This document shows positions 1 to 8,506 of a stretch of DNA of 43,503 nt, in pieces (the first letter of the stretch is position 1; each line of letters starts with the position of its first letter). The stretch is from an uncultured Candidatus Saccharibacteria bacterium. GTDB lineage: Bacteria; Patescibacteriota; Minisyncoccia; Phycocordibacterales; UBA9973. The notes under the pieces are model-generated. The model was not told the origin of the DNA, did no database searches, and saw only the letters and a list, made by a program, of their open reading frames with translations. The translations under genes and the position numbers were made by a program. Where the stretch lies: the NCBI GenBank assembly GCA_964631935.1, contig CAZWAV010000001.1, forward strand, positions 70,979 through 114,481, read 5' to 3'.

Positions 1-604
1 AATTGGCCACATGAAGAAAACTGAAGTAAGAAAACTTGCAGAAAAATATAAACTTCCTACGTCGAAAAAGAAAGATAGTCAGGGGGTATGTTTCCTTGGG
101 CCACTTGATATGAAAGATTTCTTGTCACACTATATAGAATCTAAAAAAGGCGACGTGTCTGATGAAAAAGGTAAAGTTATTGGCTACCATGATGGAGCAG
201 TATTTTTTACATTAGGCGAACGCCACGGATTTACAATTACAAATAAAACTTCGCACGACAAAGCCTATTATGTAGTATCTAAAGATATAAATAAAAATAC
301 TATAACAGTATCAACTGATATATCTTCATCAAAAGTTTCCATTTCTTCTGGTCTTCGGGGAAAGTCACCAGACCACTCAGAAACGGAAGCTTTCGGCTAC
401 GTCCTTAAAAACATAAGTTGGGTTGCAGGTTCCCCTAAAGAGAATAAAAAATATACAGCCCAAATTCGTTATCATGGAGAACAGCTTTTTTGTAGTATCA
501 AAAATACTAATATTACTTTTGATAAGCCTATTTTAATTTCACCTGGCCAATCAATTGTTATTTATGACAAAAATGTGTGTCTCGGTGGTGGAGTTGCTCA
601 GTAA
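1..604 (+). CDS. mnmA: tRNA-specific 2-thiouridylase MnmA, C-terminal portion (5' end outside window)
   Basis: Frame is open to the window edge. KLAEKYKLPTSKKKDSQGVCFLG matches the conserved MnmA K-x-D-S-Q-G-[IV]-C-F block. YTAQIRYHGE fits the C-terminal barrel domain. Confidence 0.85.
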   Translation, partial: IGHMKKTEVRKLAEKYKLPTSKKKDSQGVCFLGPLDMKDFLSHYIESKKGDVSDEKGKVIGYHDGAVFFTLGERHGFTITNKTSHDKAYYVVSKDINKNTITVSTDISSSKVSISSGLRGKSPDHSETEAFGYVLKNISWVAGSPKENKKYTAQIRYHGEQLFCSIKNTNITFDKPILISPGQSIVIYDKNVCLGGGVAQ

Positions 605-617
605 ATTTTTACTTATT

Positions 618-628
618 TGTGATATAAT
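618..628 (+). promoter_or_regulatory. Extended -10 promoter (TGaTATAAT) ending 6 nt before the ATG at 635; implies a leaderless or near-leaderless mRNA
   Basis: tgtgatataat, then agccta, then ATG. No Shine-Dalgarno sequence is possible in this space. Confidence 0.45.
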
Positions 629-634
629 AGCCTA

Positions 635-3526
635 ATGCGTTCAATTTTTAACCCCAAATATATTATATTGTCAGTTTTTTCTGCTTGTTTGTTGATTACC
701 ACTAACGCTTTTGCCACTAATGTAACTATAGGTAATAATCCTTGGTATGGTGTTGCAGTAGGAAGCAAGGTTTATGTAATTGCGCAAGGAGAACAGCAAG
801 TAGTTGTCATTGATTCTAATACTGATACTGTTATTGCAAATATAAATGTTGGACTTGGGCCATATTCTATGAGTCTAGTAGGAAATAAAATGTATGTTTT
901 GAACTCTACTGATAATAGTGTTTCTGTTGTTAATACAGTCACCGATACAGTTATTACTACAATTACCGTTGGTGGCTCACCTCAATTTTCTGCTGTTGCT
1001 GGTGATAAAGTTTATGTAGTAAATACTGGAAGTGATACGGTTTCTGTTATTGACTCTAATACAGATACAGTATCCACTACTATTTCAGTTGGAAGCCAGC
1101 CATACTTCCCTGTAGTTGCTGGTAATAAAGTATATGTAACTAATCAAGGAAATAATACAGTTTCTGTTATTAGTACTGTTACAAATACAGTTGTCGCCAC
1201 AATTCCAGTAAATGGTCCAGGTTTTTCTGCTGTTGTAGGTAATAAGATTTATGTTGAAAATGATGTTGATTATAATATGAAAGTCATTGATTCAACTACT
1301 GACACAATTATTGCTACCATTCCTGTAGGTACCAACATGCAATATACACCAATAGCTATAGGTAATAAGCTTTATATTAGTAATGATCAGTCTAGTACTG
1401 TCTCTGTGATTAATACAGCAACTAATACCTTAATGGCGACAATCCCTGTTGGTGATGGCGCTTATTTTTTACAAGGGTTAGGTACTCATGTTTATGTTGC
1501 AAATCAAAATAGTGATTCTGTTTCTGTTATTGATTCTAATACTAATTCAGTTATCGATACCATAGCTGTTGGAAGTCAGCCTATTATTGCTATTCCGGCT
1601 GGGCATAAGGTTTACGTTGCAAACAATATTAGCCTTTTTGTGTCTGTAATCGACGACAACACCATCCCTTCTCAACTCCCAAACCTCACCTCTTTCAGCA
1701 CCTCAAGTTCAAGTGGAACATATACCACAGGTAATACTATAACCATCACAGCCAACTTCGGCACTACAATTCAAGCAGGTAGCACAATGACAGTCCTTCT
1801 TAATTCAGGAACCTCAGTAGTATTGAATAATGTATCAGGTACAACAATATCAGGAACATATACAGTCCAATCGGGCGATTCATCACCTGATCTTGCTATT
1901 CGAAGCATCACCTCAGCTAACGTCTCTGATGGCGCTCATACTCGTACATCATATTCCTTACCATCATCTCAAGGTTCATTTACTGCGGAAAACTCATTCA
2001 TCACTCGTAGTCTAGGGGATACAAAGAACATCATTATCAACACACAACCAATAACAATCACAACCGGCTCTCACCCATACCAAGTCTCACAAGCAATTAA
2101 CGGATTCCTTTATGTTGCTAACCAAGGAGCAGGAACTGTATCTGTCATAGATATTGCAAGTGGATCACTTGCAACTACAATTTCAGTTGGCTCTGAGCCA
2201 TATGGTTTAGCCCTCTCAGGTACTACACTATATGTTGCTAATACTGGTAGCAATACAGTATCAGCTATCAATACAGCTACGAATACAGTGATAGCTACAA
2301 TATCTGTTGGTGTTAAACCATACTATGTCGCCACCATCGGTACCAACGTCTATGTCACTAACGGTGCATCAAACACAGTCTCAGTCATTAATTCAAATAC
2401 AAATCTTGTAACAGCGACTATCCCCGTCGGTTCATACCCAAGAGGTATCAAAGCACATGGTACTGATTTATATGTTGCCAACTATGGAGACCCAAACTAT
2501 TCAGGAGGGAACTATATATCGGTCATCAATTCTCTTACAAATACAGTATCCGCTAATATTTTTCTTCCTGTAGGATCTGATGGTCCACGAGGAGTTACTG
2601 TTCTTGGAACAAAAGCCTATGTTACAAACTTTAGATCAAACAATGTTTCAGTAATTAATACTGCCACAAACACCATCACAGCAACTATTTCTGTAGGTAT
2701 GGGGCCTAGAGGTATCGTTGGTGTAGGAACAAATATATATGTTGAGAACTTCGATGATGGAACAATATCAATTATTGATACTAACTCAAATACTGTTACT
2801 TCTACTATCGATGTTGGCTCTTCTCCTGCAGGTATGGGAGTATCAGGAACGGATATTTATGTAAGTGCTTTTCAAGATGATGAGGTAAGGGTGTTGGATA
2901 GTACGACTGGATTATTAAAATTAACCACAGCACCTGGTGCTCCTACTTCCGTTTCTGCAAGTCCTGATAATGGCCAAGCTTCTGTTTCCTTTACTCCTCC
3001 TACCTCTAATGGTGGATCTGCTATTACTTTATACACTGTGACATCTTCACCTGGATCTATTACTGCTACTGGTGCATCTTCTCCAATTACTGTAACTGGG
3101 CTTACAAATGGTACTCCTTATACATTTACAGTAACTGCTACTAATAATGCTGGAACAAGTACTGCGTCATCTCCCTCATCTGCCGTTACTCCAAGTGGTC
3201 CGTCTGGTGGAAGACACTACCCGGCCCCAACCCCAGAACAACCTCAGATAAAAACAGTAGATCATTACTCTCCAATTATTAATAGTATTAAATTTACAAA
3301 GTACATAGGCCCTAAAAATCCTAAGAGTGAAGTGAAGGAATTGCAATCATCGCTCAATATTATTTTAACTTCAAAGCTTGTTAAGCTGTTAAGTGTCGAC
3401 GGAGTTTATGGTAGAAACACTATATCTGCGTTAAAGCTATTCCAAAAAGAAAATAATCTAAAAGCAGATGGTATCTTTGGTCCAAAGACTAGGGAGGTTA
3501 TTAATAAGATTTTAGCAACTAAATAA
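635..3526 (+). CDS. Secreted multidomain surface protein: two YVTN-type beta-propellers, Ig-like linker, fibronectin-III domain, C-terminal peptidoglycan-binding domain
   Basis: N-terminal signal peptide (LLITTNAFA/TN). About 15 copies of a ~40-aa unit (G.xP..xAxxGxK[VL]YVxNxxSxTVSVIDxxTxTV). FN3-like APGAPTSVSASPDNGQASVSFTPP...GTPYTFTVTATNNAG. C-terminal DGVYGRNTISALKLFQKENNLKADGIFGPKTREVI resembles PG_binding_1. Confidence 0.85.
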   Translation: MRSIFNPKYIILSVFSACLLITTNAFATNVTIGNNPWYGVAVGSKVYVIAQGEQQVVVIDSNTDTVIANINVGLGPYSMSLVGNKMYVLNSTDNSVSVVNTVTDTVITTITVGGSPQFSAVAGDKVYVVNTGSDTVSVIDSNTDTVSTTISVGSQPYFPVVAGNKVYVTNQGNNTVSVISTVTNTVVATIPVNGPGFSAVVGNKIYVENDVDYNMKVIDSTTDTIIATIPVGTNMQYTPIAIGNKLYISNDQSSTVSVINTATNTLMATIPVGDGAYFLQGLGTHVYVANQNSDSVSVIDSNTNSVIDTIAVGSQPIIAIPAGHKVYVANNISLFVSVIDDNTIPSQLPNLTSFSTSSSSGTYTTGNTITITANFGTTIQAGSTMTVLLNSGTSVVLNNVSGTTISGTYTVQSGDSSPDLAIRSITSANVSDGAHTRTSYSLPSSQGSFTAENSFITRSLGDTKNIIINTQPITITTGSHPYQVSQAINGFLYVANQGAGTVSVIDIASGSLATTISVGSEPYGLALSGTTLYVANTGSNTVSAINTATNTVIATISVGVKPYYVATIGTNVYVTNGASNTVSVINSNTNLVTATIPVGSYPRGIKAHGTDLYVANYGDPNYSGGNYISVINSLTNTVSANIFLPVGSDGPRGVTVLGTKAYVTNFRSNNVSVINTATNTITATISVGMGPRGIVGVGTNIYVENFDDGTISIIDTNSNTVTSTIDVGSSPAGMGVSGTDIYVSAFQDDEVRVLDSTTGLLKLTTAPGAPTSVSASPDNGQASVSFTPPTSNGGSAITLYTVTSSPGSITATGASSPITVTGLTNGTPYTFTVTATNNAGTSTASSPSSAVTPSGPSGGRHYPAPTPEQPQIKTVDHYSPIINSIKFTKYIGPKNPKSEVKELQSSLNIILTSKLVKLLSVDGVYGRNTISALKLFQKENNLKADGIFGPKTREVINKILATK
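1664..2920 (+). repeat. Paralogous cassette copy 1 (Ig-like linker plus second propeller), shared with 4568..5821
   Basis: Protein colinear and highly similar from IPSQLPNLTSFST... to ...TTGLLK. Long near-identical nucleotide runs, e.g. atcggtaccaacgtctatgtcactaa. Confidence 0.8.
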
Positions 3527-3529
3527 TAA

Positions 3530-6500
3530 ATGAAAAATATATTTCTTACAAAAAAATTTTTTGTTGCCATTGTATTTCTTTTGTGTTTTTTTGCTTCTAC
3601 TGAACATGTTTTTGCGGATATAAATATTGGTTCTGGGCAAAAGTATGTAACCTTAGTAGGCAACAAAATATATACCTCCAATAATGATAATACAATATCT
3701 GTTATAAATACCACCAATGACTCAGTCATAAAAACCATTGGATCAGTTAGTTCTGGATATATGACCTCTGTAGGAAATAAATTGTACGTTGCTGGTACTG
3801 CTGGAAATGTTATAACTGTAATAAATACTTTGACAGATACTGTTTCATCAACAATAAATGTGAGTAATTCACCCTTTTATATCTCTGTTTGGGGGACAAA
3901 ATTATATGTAAATCATTACGATGGTACTAATAATCCGCATATTATTACAGTTATTAATACTAATACAGATGCAATTACTACTACAATTACAGGATTGAAT
4001 CAACTTTACTATACGTATTCATTGGGGGATAAAGTCTATGTAAGCAATTCGGGCTCAAATTCTATTTCAATAATAGACGCAATAAACGATACAATATCTA
4101 CTATTATTGGTTCCGTACAGTCACCAGTCAGTTTTAAATCTATAGGAACTAAATTATTCATAGGTAATGGAACTCTTACTAATACTAGCGTTCTTGATAC
4201 TGTCAACAATAGTATTTCTAATATATCAGAGCCAGGTGTTTCTACGGCAGGATCTTTATGTGGCATGGGGACAAAAATTTATAAAATGAATCTAGGCAAT
4301 TCTATGTCTGTAATTGATGCTATTAATAATACAGTAAGTTCGAATATCACAGTGGGAAATTCTCCATCTCAGTGTATAGTACTTAACTCTAAGGTATATG
4401 TAATAAATGCAAGTAGTAATACTGTATCAGTTATTGACACTAATACAGATACCGTTGTTGATACTATCTCAGTAGGCTCTTCTCCACAATCCTTAGTTGC
4501 TTTAGGTAATAAAATTTATGTAGAATCCTTGTCGAGTGCTTTTGTGTCGGTCATTGACACAACAACTATCCCTTCTCAACTACCCAACCTTACTTCTTTC
4601 TCAACCAATACACCATCTGGTCCGTATGATACGGGAGACTCTATAACTATCACAGCCAACTTCGGCACTACAGTTCAAGCAGGTAGTACCATGACAGTTC
4701 TTCTTAATTCTGGAACATCTGTGGTGTTAAATAATGTCTCCGGGTCAACTCTTTCTGGAACATATACAGTCCAAGCAGGAGATGCAACTCCCGATCTTGC
4801 CATTAGAAGCATCACATCAGCATCTGTCTCAGATGGTACTCACACAAGAACATCATACTCACTACCGTCATCTCAAGGTTCATTTACTGCGGAAAACTCA
4901 TTCATCACTCGCAATCTTGGAGATACAAAGAACATCAATATAGGTTCATATGAAAAGATTAATGTAGGCTCAAACCCATACCAAATCTCTACAGCTATCA
5001 ATGGATACCTCTACGTTGCCAACCAAGGTGCTGGTACTGTCTCGGTCATCAACCAAGCAACCGGTGCACTCACTCAAACCATCACCGTGGGTTCTGAGCC
5101 ATATGGACTTGCTTCGGTTGGTACACAACTCTATGTTGCCAATACCGGAAGTGACACGGTGTCTGTCATTGATACTACAACCAACACAGTCACGACAAGT
5201 ATTTCTGTTGGTGTCAAACCATACTACGTCGCAGTCATCGGTACCAACGTCTATGTCACTAATGGTGCATCAAACACCGTCTCCGTCATAAACAGTGCCA
5301 CAAATACGGTCACAGCAACGATTCCCGTTGGTTCATATCCACGCGGCATCAAAGCCTATGGCACTGACCTCTATGTTGCCAACTACGGAGATCCTAACTA
5401 TTCAGGAGGGAACTATATATCTGTTATTAACTCACTTACTAATACAGTCTCAAACTACATCATCACCCCTGCAGGTTCTGACGGTCCCCGTGGTGTCACC
5501 GCGCTAGGATCAAATGTTTACGTAACCAATTTCCGCTCAAACAATGTCTCTGTCATCAATACAACAACCAAAGCAATCACTGCAACCATACCAGTCGGCA
5601 CGGGCCCTCGTGGAATCACAGGATTAGGCAGCAAGCTCTACGTCGAGAACTTCGACGATGGTACCATATCTATAATAGACACGAACTCAAATACCGTCAC
5701 CAGCACTGTTGACGTCGGTCACTCACCAGCAGGTATGAGTATTGTTGGTACTGACATATACATCTCACTCTTCCAAGATGATGCACTTCGCATCTTAGAT
5801 ACAACGACAGGACTACTAAAAGAAGACTCCAAACCCATATCTAAAACACTACCATCTGTTTCATTTGAAGGTAATACGGCAACTTTGTCAGGAGAAATTA
5901 TTGCCATAGGTAATTCAAATGTTATTACTAGGGGTTTTGAGTATGGAACTACTACATCTTATGGTACAACAACCATAGAAAGTGGTTCATTTTCTGCTGG
6001 TACATTTAGCGCTGATGCCGAAGGTCTCATTAGTGGAACTACTTACCATTTTCGTAGTTATGCAACAAGTTCTTTGGGTACAGGTTATGGTAATGATATG
6101 ACTTTTGTTTCCTCAGCCTCTACCTATACTTTGGTTGGGCCATCAAGCGGACTCAAAGATACTGAATCTGAGGTATTCACAGTCACTCCAAATGGTAACT
6201 TTATTGGTAATGTTACTATCACACCTTCAGGTGGTGGACTCACTAATCCAATAAACCTAGCTTTCTCATCTGCTGATCCTCAAACTTTTACTATAACTCC
6301 TACACTATCAGGTACTGTTACTCTAACGGCAACAAATGATGGAGGTCTTACTGATCCAGGAGAGGTTGAGTATGTGGTTTTAAATACATACTGGTTCACT
6401 AGTTACAATAATCAGTCACCGAACGATCTCTCCAATTATTGGACTAACGAAGGTCTTAATGAACAAGCTACATCTTTACCTCTACCGACAGATGTTTTAA

Positions 6501-8485
6501 ATATAGCCCAGGATTCGATATATGGAGGAACCGCAAAATTAAATGGGAGTGCTAAAAATTCTGGTATTATTAGTGGTAACGCTATTTTTAATGGTGACTA
6601 TTCTGAAAATTTAGGAACTATAATAGGAAACAAAATCCGCCGTTATCTTTCTAATACCACTACCACAAGAAATAATACTAAGTGGATTGTGGTTGCTGAC
6701 GGGGCGGTCGTAGATATCACTAATAGCGCATATGATTCCCAGTCTACTTTTTTTCGAATGAATGGAGGATCATTTACGCCAAGTCAAATATACCACTTCT
6801 ATGTTAATGATGGTTCTATTTCATCACCATCAAGCTATACGGTTGACGGCGACCACTCCTCTGAAATTCTCCCCACTTTTAATTTAGATGAAATATATGT
6901 TGATGCTAACATTAGATTTAATGGAAATATTGTTTTTAATGGTTCATCGCAAAATAATGGAATAGTAATTGGTAATGCAATCTTTAAAGATAATTCTGTC
7001 AATAATTCAATAGTTAACGGCGATTCTATTTTTTATGGTGACTATTCTGAAAATTTAGGAACTATCTCAGGAGATAAAATCCGCCGTTACCTTTTTGATA
7101 CTACTACTACAAAAGATTTTGATGGATGGACCGTTGTTGCTGATGGAGCAGTAGTAAATGTCGAAGGTGCAATAATAGGGTCAGCAACATTAACCACTGA
7201 AAATTTCGGTTCTTTTGTGTATGCCCATCCATTGTCAGCTGTATTGAGCAACTCAAATTTGTTAACTATTACTTATAGTCAAATATTAGATCCTGGTTCA
7301 ATTCCAAGTACTAATGATTATCAAATTTTAGTAAATGGATCTACATCTATTGGTATTGATAATATTAATATTGATGGAGATAAAGTATTGATTACCATTA
7401 ACGGTAGTGTTAATGAAAATGATGTTGTAAAATTAACTTATATTATTGGAGAATCTCCAGTAAGAGTAGATGCTGACAAAAATACTGGTAATCTTATTAA
7501 TTATACAGTCGTAAATTCTATAATTTCCTCAGCCTCTACCTATACTTTGGTTGGGCCATCAAGCGGACTCAAAGATACTGAATCTGAGGTATTCACAGTC
7601 ACTCCAAATGGTAACTTTATTGGTAATGTTACTATCACACCTTCAGGTGGTGGACTCACTAATCCAATAAACCTAGCTTTCTCATCTGCTGATCCTCAAA
7701 CTTTTACTATAACTCCTACACTATCAGGTACTGTTACTCTAACGGCAACAAATGATGGAGGTCTTACTGATCCAGGAGAGGTTGAGTATGTGGTTAATTA
7801 TATAGATACTACTGCACCAACACTTACAGAAGTCACTCCTGTTTCCACACCAAGCACCACCACCACACCTACATATACCTTCTCATCTAGTGAAGCAGGT
7901 TCTATTAGTTATGGTGGTGCATGTACTTCAAGTACAACCTCTGCAACAACAGGAAACAACACCATCACTCTCGCTACTCTCACTCCTGGTACCTACACTA
8001 ACTGCACAATTACTGTCACCGACAGTTCTCTAAATGCTTCAACTCCTCTTACTATCACTACGTTTACTATAACCCAACCTTCTTCAGGTGGTGGGGGAGG
8101 TGGTTCTTCTGGTGGCTCAATACCTCGTACACCTGATCCGATAGCTTGTCCTACTGGTGTAATGCTTGACTTACTCACAGGTAAACGCTGTACTGTATTT
8201 ACTACACCACCGCTAACTACAATTAACCCTAATACTCCTGATAGACTAGCATCTATTTTTGATCGCAATCTAAAACTTAAAATGAAAGGCTCTGATGTTA
8301 AAGCACTTCAACAATATCTAAACACAACACTAAATCTACCTAAACCACTTATTATAGATGGAATATTTGGCAAGTATACATTAAATGCTTTAAAGATATT
8401 CCAGAAAGATAACAATTTAATACCCGATGGTATCTTTGGCCCGAAGACTAAGGAAGTTATGAACAAGATTTTAGCAGCTAAATAA
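3530..8485 (+). CDS. Giant secreted surface protein (1651 aa): two YVTN-type beta-propellers, FN3/Ig-like modules with internal duplications, Gly/Ser linker, C-terminal peptidoglycan-binding domain
   Basis: Starts 3 nt after the previous stop. Signal peptide (FFASTEHVFA/DI). Same YVTN repeat unit as the upstream gene. Duplicated Ig-like module SSASTYTLVGPSSGLKD...EVEYVV. GGGGGGSSGGS linker. C-terminal DGIFGKYTLNALKIFQKDNNLIPDGIFGPKTKEVM resembles PG_binding_1. Confidence 0.85.
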   Translation: MKNIFLTKKFFVAIVFLLCFFASTEHVFADINIGSGQKYVTLVGNKIYTSNNDNTISVINTTNDSVIKTIGSVSSGYMTSVGNKLYVAGTAGNVITVINTLTDTVSSTINVSNSPFYISVWGTKLYVNHYDGTNNPHIITVINTNTDAITTTITGLNQLYYTYSLGDKVYVSNSGSNSISIIDAINDTISTIIGSVQSPVSFKSIGTKLFIGNGTLTNTSVLDTVNNSISNISEPGVSTAGSLCGMGTKIYKMNLGNSMSVIDAINNTVSSNITVGNSPSQCIVLNSKVYVINASSNTVSVIDTNTDTVVDTISVGSSPQSLVALGNKIYVESLSSAFVSVIDTTTIPSQLPNLTSFSTNTPSGPYDTGDSITITANFGTTVQAGSTMTVLLNSGTSVVLNNVSGSTLSGTYTVQAGDATPDLAIRSITSASVSDGTHTRTSYSLPSSQGSFTAENSFITRNLGDTKNINIGSYEKINVGSNPYQISTAINGYLYVANQGAGTVSVINQATGALTQTITVGSEPYGLASVGTQLYVANTGSDTVSVIDTTTNTVTTSISVGVKPYYVAVIGTNVYVTNGASNTVSVINSATNTVTATIPVGSYPRGIKAYGTDLYVANYGDPNYSGGNYISVINSLTNTVSNYIITPAGSDGPRGVTALGSNVYVTNFRSNNVSVINTTTKAITATIPVGTGPRGITGLGSKLYVENFDDGTISIIDTNSNTVTSTVDVGHSPAGMSIVGTDIYISLFQDDALRILDTTTGLLKEDSKPISKTLPSVSFEGNTATLSGEIIAIGNSNVITRGFEYGTTTSYGTTTIESGSFSAGTFSADAEGLISGTTYHFRSYATSSLGTGYGNDMTFVSSASTYTLVGPSSGLKDTESEVFTVTPNGNFIGNVTITPSGGGLTNPINLAFSSADPQTFTITPTLSGTVTLTATNDGGLTDPGEVEYVVLNTYWFTSYNNQSPNDLSNYWTNEGLNEQATSLPLPTDVLNIAQDSIYGGTAKLNGSAKNSGIISGNAIFNGDYSENLGTIIGNKIRRYLSNTTTTRNNTKWIVVADGAVVDITNSAYDSQSTFFRMNGGSFTPSQIYHFYVNDGSISSPSSYTVDGDHSSEILPTFNLDEIYVDANIRFNGNIVFNGSSQNNGIVIGNAIFKDNSVNNSIVNGDSIFYGDYSENLGTISGDKIRRYLFDTTTTKDFDGWTVVADGAVVNVEGAIIGSATLTTENFGSFVYAHPLSAVLSNSNLLTITYSQILDPGSIPSTNDYQILVNGSTSIGIDNINIDGDKVLITINGSVNENDVVKLTYIIGESPVRVDADKNTGNLINYTVVNSIISSASTYTLVGPSSGLKDTESEVFTVTPNGNFIGNVTITPSGGGLTNPINLAFSSADPQTFTITPTLSGTVTLTATNDGGLTDPGEVEYVVNYIDTTAPTLTEVTPVSTPSTTTTPTYTFSSSEAGSISYGGACTSSTTSATTGNNTITLATLTPGTYTNCTITVTDSSLNASTPLTITTFTITQPSSGGGGGGSSGGSIPRTPDPIACPTGVMLDLLTGKRCTVFTTPPLTTINPNTPDRLASIFDRNLKLKMKGSDVKALQQYLNTTLNLPKPLIIDGIFGKYTLNALKIFQKDNNLIPDGIFGPKTKEVMNKILAAK
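4568..5821 (+). repeat. Paralogous cassette copy 2, shared with 1664..2920
   Basis: Same as copy 1. This copy has the stronger C-ending codon bias (acc, atc, gtc, aac, tac, ctc). Confidence 0.8.
6108..6379 (+). repeat. Intragenic direct repeat A, copy 1 (272 bp, identical to 7524..7795)
   Basis: Base-by-base comparison shows no mismatch over 272 bp. Offset is 1416 bp (472 codons, in frame). Encodes SSASTYTLVGPSSGLKDTESEVFTVTPNGNFIGNVTITPSGGGLTNPINLAFSSADPQTFTITPTLSGTVTLTATNDGGLTDPGEVEYVV. Confidence 0.9.
6591..6715 (+). repeat. Intragenic diverged repeat B, copy 1
   Basis: atggtgactattctgaaaatttaggaactat and aaaatccgccgtta recur exactly 444 bp downstream. Protein NGDYSENLGTIIGNKIRRYLSNTTTT..W.VVADGAVV. 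Confidence 0.75.
7035..7159 (+). repeat. Intragenic diverged repeat B, copy 2
   Basis: Same frame, 444 bp (148 codons) after copy 1. Protein YGDYSENLGTISGDKIRRYLFDTTTT..WTVVADGAVV. Confidence 0.75.
7524..7795 (+). repeat. Intragenic direct repeat A, copy 2 (272 bp, identical to 6108..6379)
   Basis: See copy 1. The flanking bases differ (g/a upstream, t/a downstream), which defines the repeat ends. Confidence 0.9.
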
Positions 8486-8490
8486 TAAAT

Positions 8491-8500
8491 TTGTTATAAT
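8491..8500 (+). promoter_or_regulatory. Extended -10 promoter (TGtTATAAT) ending 6 nt before the MgtC-family ATG
   Basis: ttgttataat, then aaaaac, then ATG at 8507. Confidence 0.4.
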
Positions 8501-8506
8501 AAAAAC

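Noticed and set aside
1830-2015. 61-aa plus-strand ORF in an alternative frame inside the first propeller gene.
   Set aside because: It lies entirely within a 963-aa ORF with clear repeat and domain structure. Its low-complexity His/Leu/Gln-rich translation is typical of an off-frame reading of Thr/Ser/Val-rich coding sequence.
3406-3738. 110-aa minus-strand ORF spanning the junction of the two surface-protein genes.
   Set aside because: It is an antisense shadow ORF over the PG-binding domain and the signal peptide of real genes. It has no independent motif support.
4036-5907. Cluster of short ORFs (4036-4266 minus, 4734-4943, 5001-5291 and 5295-5507 plus, 5719-5907 minus) inside the 1651-aa gene.
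   Set aside because: The biased composition of the cassette keeps alternative frames open. All of them are nested in the long ORF, whose translation shows regular YVTN repeats.
6108-7795. Considered whether the identical 272-bp copies mark an IS element, MITE or CRISPR-like array.
   Set aside because: There are only two copies. Both are in frame and encode a complete Ig-like domain. There are no inverted terminal repeats, transposase or regular short spacers.
7993-8268. 91-aa minus-strand ORF with a PPPPPP run.
   Set aside because: It is the antisense of the GGGGGGSSGG linker of the large surface protein, so it is an artefact of the Gly codons.
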